From Candidatus Aenigmatarchaeota archaeon (lineage in GTDB: Archaea > Aenigmatarchaeota > Aenigmatarchaeia > QMZP01), in NCBI GenBank assembly GCA_039091855.1, contig JAWCLA010000002.1:1-55392 (forward strand): a stretch of 55,392 bases of DNA, written 5' to 3'. A program made the position numbers and the translations under genes. Positions 7,786 through 15,842 of this stretch are shown one piece after another; the first letter of the stretch is position 1; each line of letters begins with the position of its first letter. Under the pieces are notes generated by a model. That model searched no databases, had not been told where the DNA came from, and worked only from the letters and a program-made list of their open reading frames with translations.

Positions 7786-8109
7786 ATGAATTTCTGTGAC
7801 AAGTGCGGCTCGGTTTTGGTAGTGCAAAAGGAAAAGGACAAGCTTATACTAATATGCAGGAAGTGCGGGTATAAGCTTAAGGATTACAAACCGCTCGAGA
7901 TAGCAGAGAAGGTTGAGAAAGACCCGTTGGATGATGTTATAATTATCGAGAAGAGTGCGGAAACCTTGCCAACCACAAAAACTGTTTGCCCTAAGTGTGG
8001 AAACAAGGAAGCTGTGTGGTGGATACAGCAGACCCGCTCAAATGACGAGGCTCCTACCTTGTTTTTGAGATGCACTCAGTGCAAGCATTCCTGGAGAGAG
8101 TATGGATGA
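7786..8109 (+). CDS. tfs: Transcription factor S (TFS) / RNA polymerase subunit M-like
   Basis: N-terminal zinc ribbon CDKCGS...CRKCG. C-terminal TFIIS-type ribbon CPKCGNKEAVWWIQQTRSNDEAPTLFLRCTQCKHSW, containing the acidic DE hairpin. Confidence 0.9.
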   Translation: MNFCDKCGSVLVVQKEKDKLILICRKCGYKLKDYKPLEIAEKVEKDPLDDVIIIEKSAETLPTTKTVCPKCGNKEAVWWIQQTRSNDEAPTLFLRCTQCKHSWREYG

Positions 8110-8362
8110 TCATCCATATTTGATTTTTAGCGCAAGTATCAATAAGGCAAAAACAGCTGTTATTGCATTTGCAATTATTATAGGCAGTTGTTTAATAAGA
8201 TTCCGTAGGCAAGCCAGAGAAGCAATCCTGTTACCATAATAACATACGTTGGAATAGATATGTCTTTGGTGTGTCTTGTTTTTATTGATTTGATTGCTGA
8301 GGGAGAAAAGATATCGTTGTGAATATTGCTGCTATTATGCCAAGCATAAATATCCAGTCCAT
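8110..8362 (-). pseudogene. SemiSWEET (PQ-loop) transporter homolog disrupted by two frameshifts
   Basis: My manual reverse-complement translation gives three segments, each in a different frame. Segment 1: MDWIFMLGIIAAIFTTISFLPQ, then a stop four codons later. Segment 2: IKSIKTRHTKDISIPTYVIMVTGLLLWLAYGILLNN. Segment 3: LPIIIANAITAVFALLILALKIKYG*. Joined, they are colinear with bacterial SemiSWEETs (PQ motif, W..YG, PII.AN). The locus is absent from the ORF track because no single frame reaches 60 aa. Confidence 0.7.
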
Positions 8363-8371
8363 AGATTTTCC

Positions 8372-8926
8372 TTAACCTATGTTCCAGCCGTTTCCTGTTA
8401 TCTTTGTAACATTTCCATCAAAAATCAGTGAAGAATTTCTGAGAGAAAGCGTTCCTGAAAACCCCTTTATTTCCATTGAGCCGTTTTCATTGTTTATAGT
8501 TGACTGCTCGCTTACAACCGTGAATTTCCCATTGAATGAGAGTTTTGAAATTTTGAATTCAGGGATCTCAAAATGCTGAAGTGGTGAATAAAGTTTAAAA
8601 GAAGAGCTCTTATCCTGAAAATATATTTTGCCTTCCGCAAAATCAAAAAAAATCTCGCCATTGAAGTTTTCAAAATAGGATTCTCCTAGTGAGAAGTTTA
8701 TCTTGGTTTCCGGCTTGAGGGTAAAGTTGTTCGGATAAAGAGTTACTGTTACCCTGTTATTGCCTGATTTTCCTCCCGGAAGGTAGATTGGGGTTTCTCC
8801 CATCCAGTCTGTTATTTTTCCAACTATTCCGCCAAAAAGGTCTTTTATCCCCGTGTTTCCCACAAGGAGTATTGAAATAACAAGAAGGGCTGAAAAAGCG
8901 GCCGCAAGAATCTTCCACTCCAACAT
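8372..8926 (-). CDS. Membrane-anchored hypothetical protein
   Basis: 184-aa ORF with one N-terminal TM helix (ILAAAFSALLVISILLV) and a beta-rich, Asn/Phe-rich ectodomain. No family recognised. Confidence 0.55.
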   Translation of the reverse strand: MLEWKILAAAFSALLVISILLVGNTGIKDLFGGIVGKITDWMGETPIYLPGGKSGNNRVTVTLYPNNFTLKPETKINFSLGESYFENFNGEIFFDFAEGKIYFQDKSSSFKLYSPLQHFEIPEFKISKLSFNGKFTVVSEQSTINNENGSMEIKGFSGTLSLRNSSLIFDGNVTKITGNGWNIG

Positions 8927-8987
8927 AATTACTGATTGGGCAAACTTTTATAAATAGCAAACCTATTTTAATGTAATCCTTTTTAAT

Positions 8988-10193
8988 GTGAGTGGTTTTA
9001 TGGATTATGTGTCTTTCCAGTTTGGGGGAGGAGACTGGGTTTCCACGCTTATGTTTATGCTTTTCTGGATAGTTTTCCTGTTCTTTTACCCAAGGCTTAT
9101 GGTCTCGCAGATAATGTGGAAACTGGAAAAAAGCGCACAACAGCTTGAGTCAATGTCTGAGAAATCAAAGAAGTTTATTATAAAGGAGATAGCAAAGGAA
9201 GGCAAGGCCACAAAAGAGCTCAAGGAATCGATAAACAGGTTTTACGAGTTTTTTGTAATCCCGCCCGTGTCCTTGGATCCTTATGGGATTATCCAGAGGC
9301 TTGACCATATGATAAAGGGGGAGAAGGACAGGTTCTCTTATTTTGTTAACCAGATTGCCCCACATCTCGATTCAGAGAAGAAAGCAAACATAGAAATGGG
9401 TCTTGCTGGTGGAATAACCGTCCATGAGATCTCAAAGATAGTCAGGCACTATGTTGAGCTCGTGAGAAAGACTAAGAACATACAGATAGCGATGGTTTTG
9501 CAGATGCAGTTGCCTATGGTTGAGAGAATTGCCAAGGCAATGTTCAAGGGGACAGAATCCCTCGCGAAGGGGGAGCCAATAGGCGATGGGCTTGGTCCTC
9601 TTGTGGTTGCTGATATGGCCGAAAAGGCGAAGTGGAAGGAAATAGAAGAGGATATAATAATGGCAGAAACCAAGATGGATGGAAGGAATATCATACTTAT
9701 TAAGGCAAAGGGCCCGGGTGGCAGGATAGGCTATCCTGGAAAGGCTGTTGCAAGACTTGTGAAGGAGAGAAACATAGCGCGAATTGTTACTATTGATGCC
9801 GCGGCAAAGCTTGAGGGTGAAAAAACTGGTTCTATGGCAGAGGGCGTTGGTGTAGCTATGGGCGGGCCCGGAACAGAAAGGTTTTACATAGAGGATATAA
9901 TAGTGAAGAAAAACATTCCTGTTGATTCAATAGTGGTAAAGATGAGTCAGGAGGAAGCAATAACATTCATGAGGAAAACTATAAAGGATGCGTTGCCTCA
10001 GGTAAGAGATTCTATAAAAAGGAGCATAGAGAGGACAAAACCTGGGGAAACTGTGATAGTTGTGGGTGTTGGTAACACATCTGGCATTGGGAATTCATCT
10101 CAGGATGCTGAAAATGTAAAGAAATGGGTTGAAAGGCACGAGAAGGAACTCAAAGAGAAAGAAAGGGAAGGAAAAAAGGACGAGTTTGAGTAA
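8988..10193 (+). CDS. Conserved archaeal protein with N-terminal TM segment (possibly DUF1512-like)
   Basis: 401-aa ORF. The track starts it at GTG 8988; an in-frame ATG lies at 9000. It has an N-terminal hydrophobic segment (LMFMLFWIVFLFFYP) and a Lys/Glu-rich tail. The DUF1512 assignment is from memory only. Confidence 0.6.
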   Translation: MSGFMDYVSFQFGGGDWVSTLMFMLFWIVFLFFYPRLMVSQIMWKLEKSAQQLESMSEKSKKFIIKEIAKEGKATKELKESINRFYEFFVIPPVSLDPYGIIQRLDHMIKGEKDRFSYFVNQIAPHLDSEKKANIEMGLAGGITVHEISKIVRHYVELVRKTKNIQIAMVLQMQLPMVERIAKAMFKGTESLAKGEPIGDGLGPLVVADMAEKAKWKEIEEDIIMAETKMDGRNIILIKAKGPGGRIGYPGKAVARLVKERNIARIVTIDAAAKLEGEKTGSMAEGVGVAMGGPGTERFYIEDIIVKKNIPVDSIVVKMSQEEAITFMRKTIKDALPQVRDSIKRSIERTKPGETVIVVGVGNTSGIGNSSQDAENVKKWVERHEKELKEKEREGKKDEFE

Positions 10194-10238
10194 TAAATCC
10201 ATTTGTTCTATTATTTATAGTTGTTTGCAGGCGAATTT

Positions 10239-11549
10239 ATGAAAGTGTTTGCCGACCTCCATCTTCATTCAAAATATTCTAGGGCCACAAGTACGCAATT
10301 AAACATACCAAATCTTGTAAAATATGCCAGGATAAAGGGCCTTAACCTTTTGGGTACAGGTGATTTCACACATCCTTTGTGGCTGAATGAGCTAAAGGAG
10401 AATTTGAAAGAGGACGGGACAGGTGTTCTCAGGGATAAAGACGGCTTTGGTTTCATTCTGTCAGGAGAGATATCAAGCATATACTCTCAGGGCGGGAAGG
10501 TAAGAAGGGTACATAATGTTATTCTGGCGAAAAGTTTTGAGATCGTTGAGCAAATAAATGAGATGCTTGTTAGAAAAAAGGTCAACCTTGAGGCTGACGG
10601 CAGGCCTGTGTGTGGAATACCCTGTCCTGAATTGGTAGAATTGATATTGGAAATAGACAAGGGTTGTGAGATTATACCGGCCCATGCCTGGACTCCCTGG
10701 TTCAGCGTTTTCGGGTCAGAGTCTGGGTTTGATAGCATAGAGGAATGCTTCAAGGATCAGGCAAAAAAAATCCATGCCTTGGAAACGGGCTTGTCCAGCG
10801 ACCCAGCAATGAACTGGAGGCTGTCCTCTCTCGACAGATTTGCACTGGTTTCAAATTCTGACAGCCATTCCTATTGGCCCTGGAGAATAGGCAGGGAAGC
10901 TAATGTGTTTGAGCTAAAGGAGATTACGTATGATGGGATAGTGTCTGCAATAAGGGAGAAAGACCCGAAAAGGTTTCTGTACACCATAGAGGTTGACCCT
11001 TCTTACGGGAAGTATCATTTTGACGGTCACAGGACGTGCAATGTCTGCCTTAATCCAAAGGAGGCTTTAAGGTTTGGGAACTGGTGTCCTGTGTGTAAGA
11101 GGCAACTGACAATAGGTGTGTTGCACAGGGTTGAACAGCTGGCTGACAGGCCTGAGGGATATGTTCCGAAGGGGGCAATACCTTTCAAGTCACTAATACC
11201 CTTAACTGAGATTATAGGGGGTGTTTTAGGCATAGAACAGCTTTACTCCAAAAGGATATGGGAAATATACAATAAGCTGATAGAAAGATTTGGCTCAGAG
11301 TTCTTTGTTCTGCTTGAGGCTGAAAAGAGTGAAATGAGAAAAGTGGTGGATGAGAAGATTGCAAAGGCAATAATTGACGTGAGGGAGGGAAAGGTGGAAA
11401 TAAGACCGGGATATGATGGGGTTTACGGATACCCTGTTTTTGAAGGCGTGGAAAGGGTTAGGAAAAGGGTAAATGGGTCAAAATCTAAGAAACCCAAAGG
11501 CAAAAACAAATCAGAAAAAGGTGGGCAAAAAAGTTTGATGGAGTTTTAA
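10239..11549 (+). CDS. Endonuclease Q-like PHP-domain nuclease with C-terminal zinc finger
   Basis: MKVFADLHLHSKYSRATS...GLNLLGTGDFTHPLW is a PHP-type N-terminus like EndoQ / the TIGR00375 family. A CNVC...CPVCKR zinc cluster is followed by LTIGVLHRVEQLAD. I chose ATG 10239 over the track's TTG 10221. Confidence 0.7.
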   Translation: MKVFADLHLHSKYSRATSTQLNIPNLVKYARIKGLNLLGTGDFTHPLWLNELKENLKEDGTGVLRDKDGFGFILSGEISSIYSQGGKVRRVHNVILAKSFEIVEQINEMLVRKKVNLEADGRPVCGIPCPELVELILEIDKGCEIIPAHAWTPWFSVFGSESGFDSIEECFKDQAKKIHALETGLSSDPAMNWRLSSLDRFALVSNSDSHSYWPWRIGREANVFELKEITYDGIVSAIREKDPKRFLYTIEVDPSYGKYHFDGHRTCNVCLNPKEALRFGNWCPVCKRQLTIGVLHRVEQLADRPEGYVPKGAIPFKSLIPLTEIIGGVLGIEQLYSKRIWEIYNKLIERFGSEFFVLLEAEKSEMRKVVDEKIAKAIIDVREGKVEIRPGYDGVYGYPVFEGVERVRKRVNGSKSKKPKGKNKSEKGGQKSLMEF

Positions 11550-11557
11550 GTTTGTAG

Positions 11558-12550
11558 CTATTCTCTTCCGATAACTGTTATTGAGGACGTTGCATCAAAG
11601 AAGTATTCATACAGGGCTTCTGCCTTTATGGTTTTCTGGACAGTTCCCTCAAAATTCAGTCCTGATGCTTCCATATCGCAGACAAACGAGTTTTGGCCTT
11701 TATATAATGGCAGCGTTACCCCTGCTTCAAATCCTGCGCATTCCCCAAGAAGCTTCATGTTTCTGTCCATTGTGATTTTTATCCTTGCCTTGTTTTTCGC
11801 CTCATCTCCTGCTACCGTTGCCTTGCAGGCCTTCTTGGTGTCATCTGAACTGTCTCTTGCGCAAGGGGCGCCATTGCCGACATTTTTGATTGTGATTTCA
11901 ACCGGGAAAACGACTTTTTGCTCCCAGAACCTTATTGGTCCCTTGGTTTCTATTGAGATTTGTACAGGGCCTTCTGTTGAGCTTGTTGTCTCTGAAGGAA
12001 GGCTTCCTCCGGAATCTCTTATCCTTCTTATTTCAGAGCTTGAGCCGAATGTTATTAGCTTTGTAACAGCGCTTTTGTATGAATAGAAAACCCTCACAAC
12101 AGGGGTATATGTTATCTTGAAGCCTTTGTCGAGAGGCGGGGCATTATATGTCCATGTGCATATCTGCTCCTGCCCGTGTGTTCCTGCCTGCCTGTCCGCT
12201 GGGAGCAGGTTGAAGCCGTTGCCCGTATACCTGCATAGATCTTCGTTGGGCAGCATCTCGAGCCTTTTTCCCTGGCTGGGTGTGCACTTGTTTCCTGACT
12301 GGATGCTGCACCAGTCCTCGTCAATTCCCAAAAGCTCTGCATGGGCGTTCTTGGCTTCCACATAGCCTTCATTCCTTATTAGAAGGCGAAAGGTAACTGG
12401 CTCTCTGGAATATACTTCCGGGTGATCAGGACCAAAATCTATTAAAGAAACCCCCTTTCCGGAAGCTGGTGGTTGCGTGCACCCGGAAACAATAAGGACG
12501 GCTAAAAAAATATGGGCTGGAATAAGCCTTAATGGAATCGGGGTATGCAT
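11558..12550 (-). CDS. Secreted lipobox (SGC) surface protein, paralog 1 of 3
   Basis: Signal peptide ending LIVSGC. Colinear similarity to 13016..13966, for example APPLDKGFKITYTPVVRVFYSYKSAVTKLITFGSSSEIRRIRDSGGSLPSETT against APSLPKGTTQTFTPQVRVYYDYRTTASKLITIVNEQELRRLQDQGKTLPTKET. Two x-I-x-N-x-G beta-sandwich-like segments. Visibly more GC-rich than its paralogs. Confidence 0.75.
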   Translation of the reverse strand: MHTPIPLRLIPAHIFLAVLIVSGCTQPPASGKGVSLIDFGPDHPEVYSREPVTFRLLIRNEGYVEAKNAHAELLGIDEDWCSIQSGNKCTPSQGKRLEMLPNEDLCRYTGNGFNLLPADRQAGTHGQEQICTWTYNAPPLDKGFKITYTPVVRVFYSYKSAVTKLITFGSSSEIRRIRDSGGSLPSETTSSTEGPVQISIETKGPIRFWEQKVVFPVEITIKNVGNGAPCARDSSDDTKKACKATVAGDEAKNKARIKITMDRNMKLLGECAGFEAGVTLPLYKGQNSFVCDMEASGLNFEGTVQKTIKAEALYEYFFDATSSITVIGRE

Positions 12551-12589
12551 TATATTATGTTGGTTGTGCAGTCTTAAATCGGTTTTAAG

Positions 12590-12937
12590 TTATTTGTAAT
12601 ATCTGCCTCTGCTGACAGGGCCGTTTGCGCATCCAACATCTGAATGAGGCATACCAGGATCTATGATTATAGTTCTCCAGTAATATGTAGGTCCGTACCA
12701 ATATGGATAACCATAATAAAAAGGTATCATAACGGGTCTGTTGTATTTTGTAGATGCCTTCCCTGTCTGTGGATCTACACTGACATCTGATGCATCCGGT
12801 CCTATACTGACTGCCAGATTTGGTTTTGCTACATTTATGGCTCCGCATGCTGTTAGTGCTAATATGCTTGCACCTGCTGCAAACATTTTTGCGGATTTTT
12901 TCAATTTCTTATATCCTGTTTCTAGATTATCTTGCAT
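12590..12937 (-). CDS. Small lipobox protein with aromatic-rich C-terminus
   Basis: Internal Met followed by MFAAGASILALTACG (signal peptide plus lipobox-like Cys). If that Met is the real start, the gene begins at about 12886. Contains a Tyr/Trp/Pro-rich segment FYYGYPYWYGPTYYW. Confidence 0.5.
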   Translation of the reverse strand: MQDNLETGYKKLKKSAKMFAAGASILALTACGAINVAKPNLAVSIGPDASDVSVDPQTGKASTKYNRPVMIPFYYGYPYWYGPTYYWRTIIIDPGMPHSDVGCANGPVSRGRYYK

Positions 12938-13015
12938 AAAATCACCACTATTTAGTTATTACTAATATTAAATATTTAAAGCTTTCGTTGAGTTCTGAGA
13001 ATAAGTTGTAAAGAT

Positions 13016-13966
13016 TTACCATCTGCCATAAAGTCCCGTTTCTTCAGAGCCTGTAACTGAAATTGTTGTGCTTTCATCAATATAGTATGGGTATTCAAGA
13101 ACTACTTTTATGTTTGCTTCCTCGCTTGACACTGGTGACTGAAGTATTCTCACATTACAGGTTAGGGATGCGCTTTCTCCCTTCCATAGCGTTATTGTGT
13201 CTGAACCTAATCCTCCTGAATTTGGACATTCTATACTGAGTCTGTTTGTTGGATATTCAATTCTGTATTTAACTTTGTAATCTTGTGATGGTGTTCCTTG
13301 TGCGCTTACTGTTCCTCCACCAATGTTTTTTATGTCTATGGTTATGGGAAATGTTTTTGTGAACGAATAAAATCCTGATGTTTCGTCCCTTGCTTTCAGG
13401 AACTTGCCTGCATTGATCGTAACCTTCAACGGGCCTGCGCTTGTTACTGTCTCTTTGGTTGGAAGGGTTTTTCCCTGATCCTGGAGCCTTCTTAATTCCT
13501 GCTCGTTAACTATTGTTATAAGCTTGCTTGCAGTTGTTCTATAATCATAATAAACTCTTACCTGCGGCGTAAATGTTTGTGTCGTTCCTTTTGGAAGACT
13601 AGGTGCAACCAGGTCAAATGTTTCCTGTTTTATCTCTCCCTCTGTATTTTGTAGTCTGTCTGGAGGTGCCATATCATAGAAATTAGCCTCATTTCTTGAA
13701 AGTCTCCACTCATCAATATTTATTCCTGTGATCACTGCACGGACATTTCTTGCAGTAACTTCGCCCTGATTTTGTAATCTTATCCTCAACTGGAGCTGGT
13801 CTCCTGAATATACTGAAGAGAAATCCGGTTGCCAGTTTAAAATTTTGACACCATTTCCTAGGGTTACTCCTCCTTGGTTAGTGCATCCTGAAATCATTAA
13901 AATTGCAAAAACAGGAACGATAACCAAAAACTTCATTTTTTGGAAGTTTGAAGCCTTCATTATCAT
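13016..13966 (-). CDS. Secreted lipobox (SGC) surface protein, paralog 2 of 3
   Basis: Signal peptide ending LMISGC. Colinear with paralog 1 (see the motifs listed there). Confidence 0.75.
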   Translation of the reverse strand: MIMKASNFQKMKFLVIVPVFAILMISGCTNQGGVTLGNGVKILNWQPDFSSVYSGDQLQLRIRLQNQGEVTARNVRAVITGINIDEWRLSRNEANFYDMAPPDRLQNTEGEIKQETFDLVAPSLPKGTTQTFTPQVRVYYDYRTTASKLITIVNEQELRRLQDQGKTLPTKETVTSAGPLKVTINAGKFLKARDETSGFYSFTKTFPITIDIKNIGGGTVSAQGTPSQDYKVKYRIEYPTNRLSIECPNSGGLGSDTITLWKGESASLTCNVRILQSPVSSEEANIKVVLEYPYYIDESTTISVTGSEETGLYGRW

Positions 13967-14014
13967 CTCTTTAATATATGGTGGATTTAATTTATAAGCC
14001 TTGATTCAGCAAAA

Positions 14015-15031
14015 TCATGTGATTTTTGGCGGCTTGATTTTTACCTCTATCTCTTTCCTGAACTCATAAATGTATTCTATGCTTGTAGTTACGAAATATG
14101 TGGCAATTTTTTCTATTTTGTTTTGGTATGGAGTTTCTATTGTGAAATGCTGTTTTGGCGATTCCTTTCCAATTAATTGGAACGCATCCATTTTATTTAT
14201 TGCACTTGAGATATAGGTTCCTATTTTATAGTCTGCTTTTTGCGTGCCCACATTAGTTATTATTTTTATTGATGAAGCTGAGATTTCCGGTGTTGTTGTA
14301 TCTTCTAAAGATCCTACAAGAAATCCGCTGCCCTTGTTCTTTATCTGGAAGGCCATTATTGTGTTTGATGGTTGTCCATTCTTAACTGGTATTGGTTGCT
14401 GGTCTTCAACAGTTAGATATGGTTTTATTGGCCCATAGCCTTCTGTTATGTAGGATGTTATTGGCTTGAATTTTCCTTCATCAAGCATTCTTTGGTATTC
14501 TACATAGTCAACAAAACTTATGCTTGTTATGCTCTTTGTTCTGTATGGATATTGCACGTAAACTTTCAGTTTGCAAGACGTTTCAAGTGGTATTTGTTTG
14601 CTATCATAAGCTGTAAGCGTCCAAAAAACAGGTATTTTCTGTTTAGGAAGTATTCCTGTTATTGAACATTCTATTCCTGTTTTTTCGCTTTGTTGCGGGC
14701 CCGGGCATAATACTTTTATTTCTTTGAAAAGACCTTCACATGTGTCATAAAGTTTGATTTTAACAGGTATTTCAATCTCTTTTTGTGGGACAGTCTCTCC
14801 TCCTCTGTTCTCAATCCAGGCAGAAAGGCGGAACTGCTGTCCTGTTGAGACAGTTGAGGGGATTGCGTCAAGATTGCTTATAACAAGAACGTCGTTTTCG
14901 TACTCTATTGTTTGCTGGCAGGTAAGCCCTGGTATGCAGAAATTTTCAAAACCGGGTATTGTGCAGCCTGATGCAAAAATAACTAATATCAGGGTTGCTG
15001 GTATCAGAAGAATATGTGCGTTTTTCATCAA
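14015..15031 (-). CDS. Secreted lipobox (SGC) surface protein, paralog 3 of 3 (more divergent)
   Basis: Signal peptide ending IFASGC. Same architecture as paralogs 1 and 2: VSTGQQFRLSAWIENRGGETV, KLKVYVQYPYRTKSITSISF, AFQIKNKGSGFL. Confidence 0.7.
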   Translation of the reverse strand: MMKNAHILLIPATLILVIFASGCTIPGFENFCIPGLTCQQTIEYENDVLVISNLDAIPSTVSTGQQFRLSAWIENRGGETVPQKEIEIPVKIKLYDTCEGLFKEIKVLCPGPQQSEKTGIECSITGILPKQKIPVFWTLTAYDSKQIPLETSCKLKVYVQYPYRTKSITSISFVDYVEYQRMLDEGKFKPITSYITEGYGPIKPYLTVEDQQPIPVKNGQPSNTIMAFQIKNKGSGFLVGSLEDTTTPEISASSIKIITNVGTQKADYKIGTYISSAINKMDAFQLIGKESPKQHFTIETPYQNKIEKIATYFVTTSIEYIYEFRKEIEVKIKPPKIT

Positions 15032-15098
15032 ATAATATTATGCGTTCAAACTATTTATTACTATGAACGGTTTAAACTCGTTTTGTTTTGATTGCCAT

Positions 15099-15320
15099 AA
15101 GGCGAAGGCTAATTGGAAGGCGCGAAGCGCCTTCTCCGTCAAGTCGCAAGGGTTGAATTGTGGCAAGGCGAAGGCTAATGGAAGCTGGCGGAGCCAGCTT
15201 CTCCGTCAAGTCGCAAGGTTAGACAAAAATAATGTGAATTGTAATAAGGCGAAGGCTAATTGGAAGGCGCGAAGCGCCTTCTCCGTCAAGTCGCAGGGGT
15301 TGAATTGTGGCAAGGCGAAG
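15099..15320 (+). repeat. Tandem repeat of about 3.3 copies (units of 66, 81 and 66 nt plus a 9-nt partial unit), each with a GC hairpin closed by a GNA triloop
   Basis: Copy A is 15099-15164. Copy C (15246-15311) matches it except for one substitution (15149 A versus 15296 G). Copy B (15165-15245) shares the flanks but has a different inner stem. The partial fourth copy AAGGCGAAG (15312-15320) runs into the pilin signal peptide. Hairpins: GAAGGCGC-GAA-GCGCCTTC (15116-15134 and 15263-15281), and GAAGCTGGC-GGA-GCCAGCTTC (15181-15201). Confidence 0.9.
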
Positions 15321-15812
15321 CTTAAGGGCCAGCTCGTTTTTGAGTTTATTGTTGCTGTGATTGTTTTTTTAGGGATAATGTTTTACATACTGAACTATGT
15401 TAATGCAACATTTAATGGTTACAGGGAGGGTTTTTTCTCTGAGGATATGGAAAACAAGGCAATGCAAATAGCCGAACTGCTGTTGATAAACAGGGGAAAC
15501 TGGACTGGTTCAGGAAGTATGATAAGTCCTGGTTTGGCAGAAGACTGGCCTCTTTTGAACTCGACTAAAATCTCGTGGTTCAACACGACCTGCAATTCTG
15601 ACTATGAGGGTGTTATGAAAAATCTCGGCGTGCATCCAAGATACAGGGTAAAGATAGTTGTAAAAAATGAGAGTTCAGAACTTGCAAAGTGCACTATGGG
15701 TGAGCCCTCAGGCAGGACTACGGAGGTAAGGAGGTTTGGGGTTTCGGATAAGGGATTTATAACGGTTTCTATTTGGGTGTGGGAAAAGGCAAGATATGCA
15801 TATGAGTATTAG
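15300..15812 (+). CDS. Type IV pilin-like protein with class III (prepilin-type) signal peptide
   Basis: KAKLKGQLVFEFIVAVIVFLGIMFYIL shows a basic stretch, Gly at -1, Gln at +1 and Glu at +5, followed by a hydrophobic helix. This matches archaeal class III signal peptides. I propose the TTG at 15300 as the start (MNCGKAKLKGQ). The track's ATG at 15063 would add about 80 aa encoded by the tandem repeat. Confidence 0.6.
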   Translation: MNCGKAKLKGQLVFEFIVAVIVFLGIMFYILNYVNATFNGYREGFFSEDMENKAMQIAELLLINRGNWTGSGSMISPGLAEDWPLLNSTKISWFNTTCNSDYEGVMKNLGVHPRYRVKIVVKNESSELAKCTMGEPSGRTTEVRRFGVSDKGFITVSIWVWEKARYAYEY

Positions 15813-15842
15813 GATTTAAGTGAAAGTATAGAGGATATTTAT

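Noticed and set aside
11581-12372. Several 64-152-aa ORFs overlapping lipoprotein paralog 1: three on the opposite (plus) strand, and one on the same (minus) strand in another frame.
   Set aside because: They are explained by the locally higher GC content. The minus-strand 330-aa frame is the one with paralogs and a signal peptide.
15063-15299. ATG 15063 as the true start of the pilin-like ORF, as given in the ORF track (249 aa).
   Set aside because: It would place ~80 aa of repeat-encoded sequence ahead of a class III signal peptide, which is normally short. The conserved repeat flank is read in two different frames in different copies. I keep it open as an alternative in the findings, because the frame stays open and the unit lengths are multiples of 3.
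15099-15320. Possible mini-CRISPR array, suggested by the repeated GC-rich palindromic units.
   Set aside because: The units abut directly with no unique spacers. The unit length (66-81 nt) and internal structure do not fit CRISPR repeats. No cas genes are nearby.
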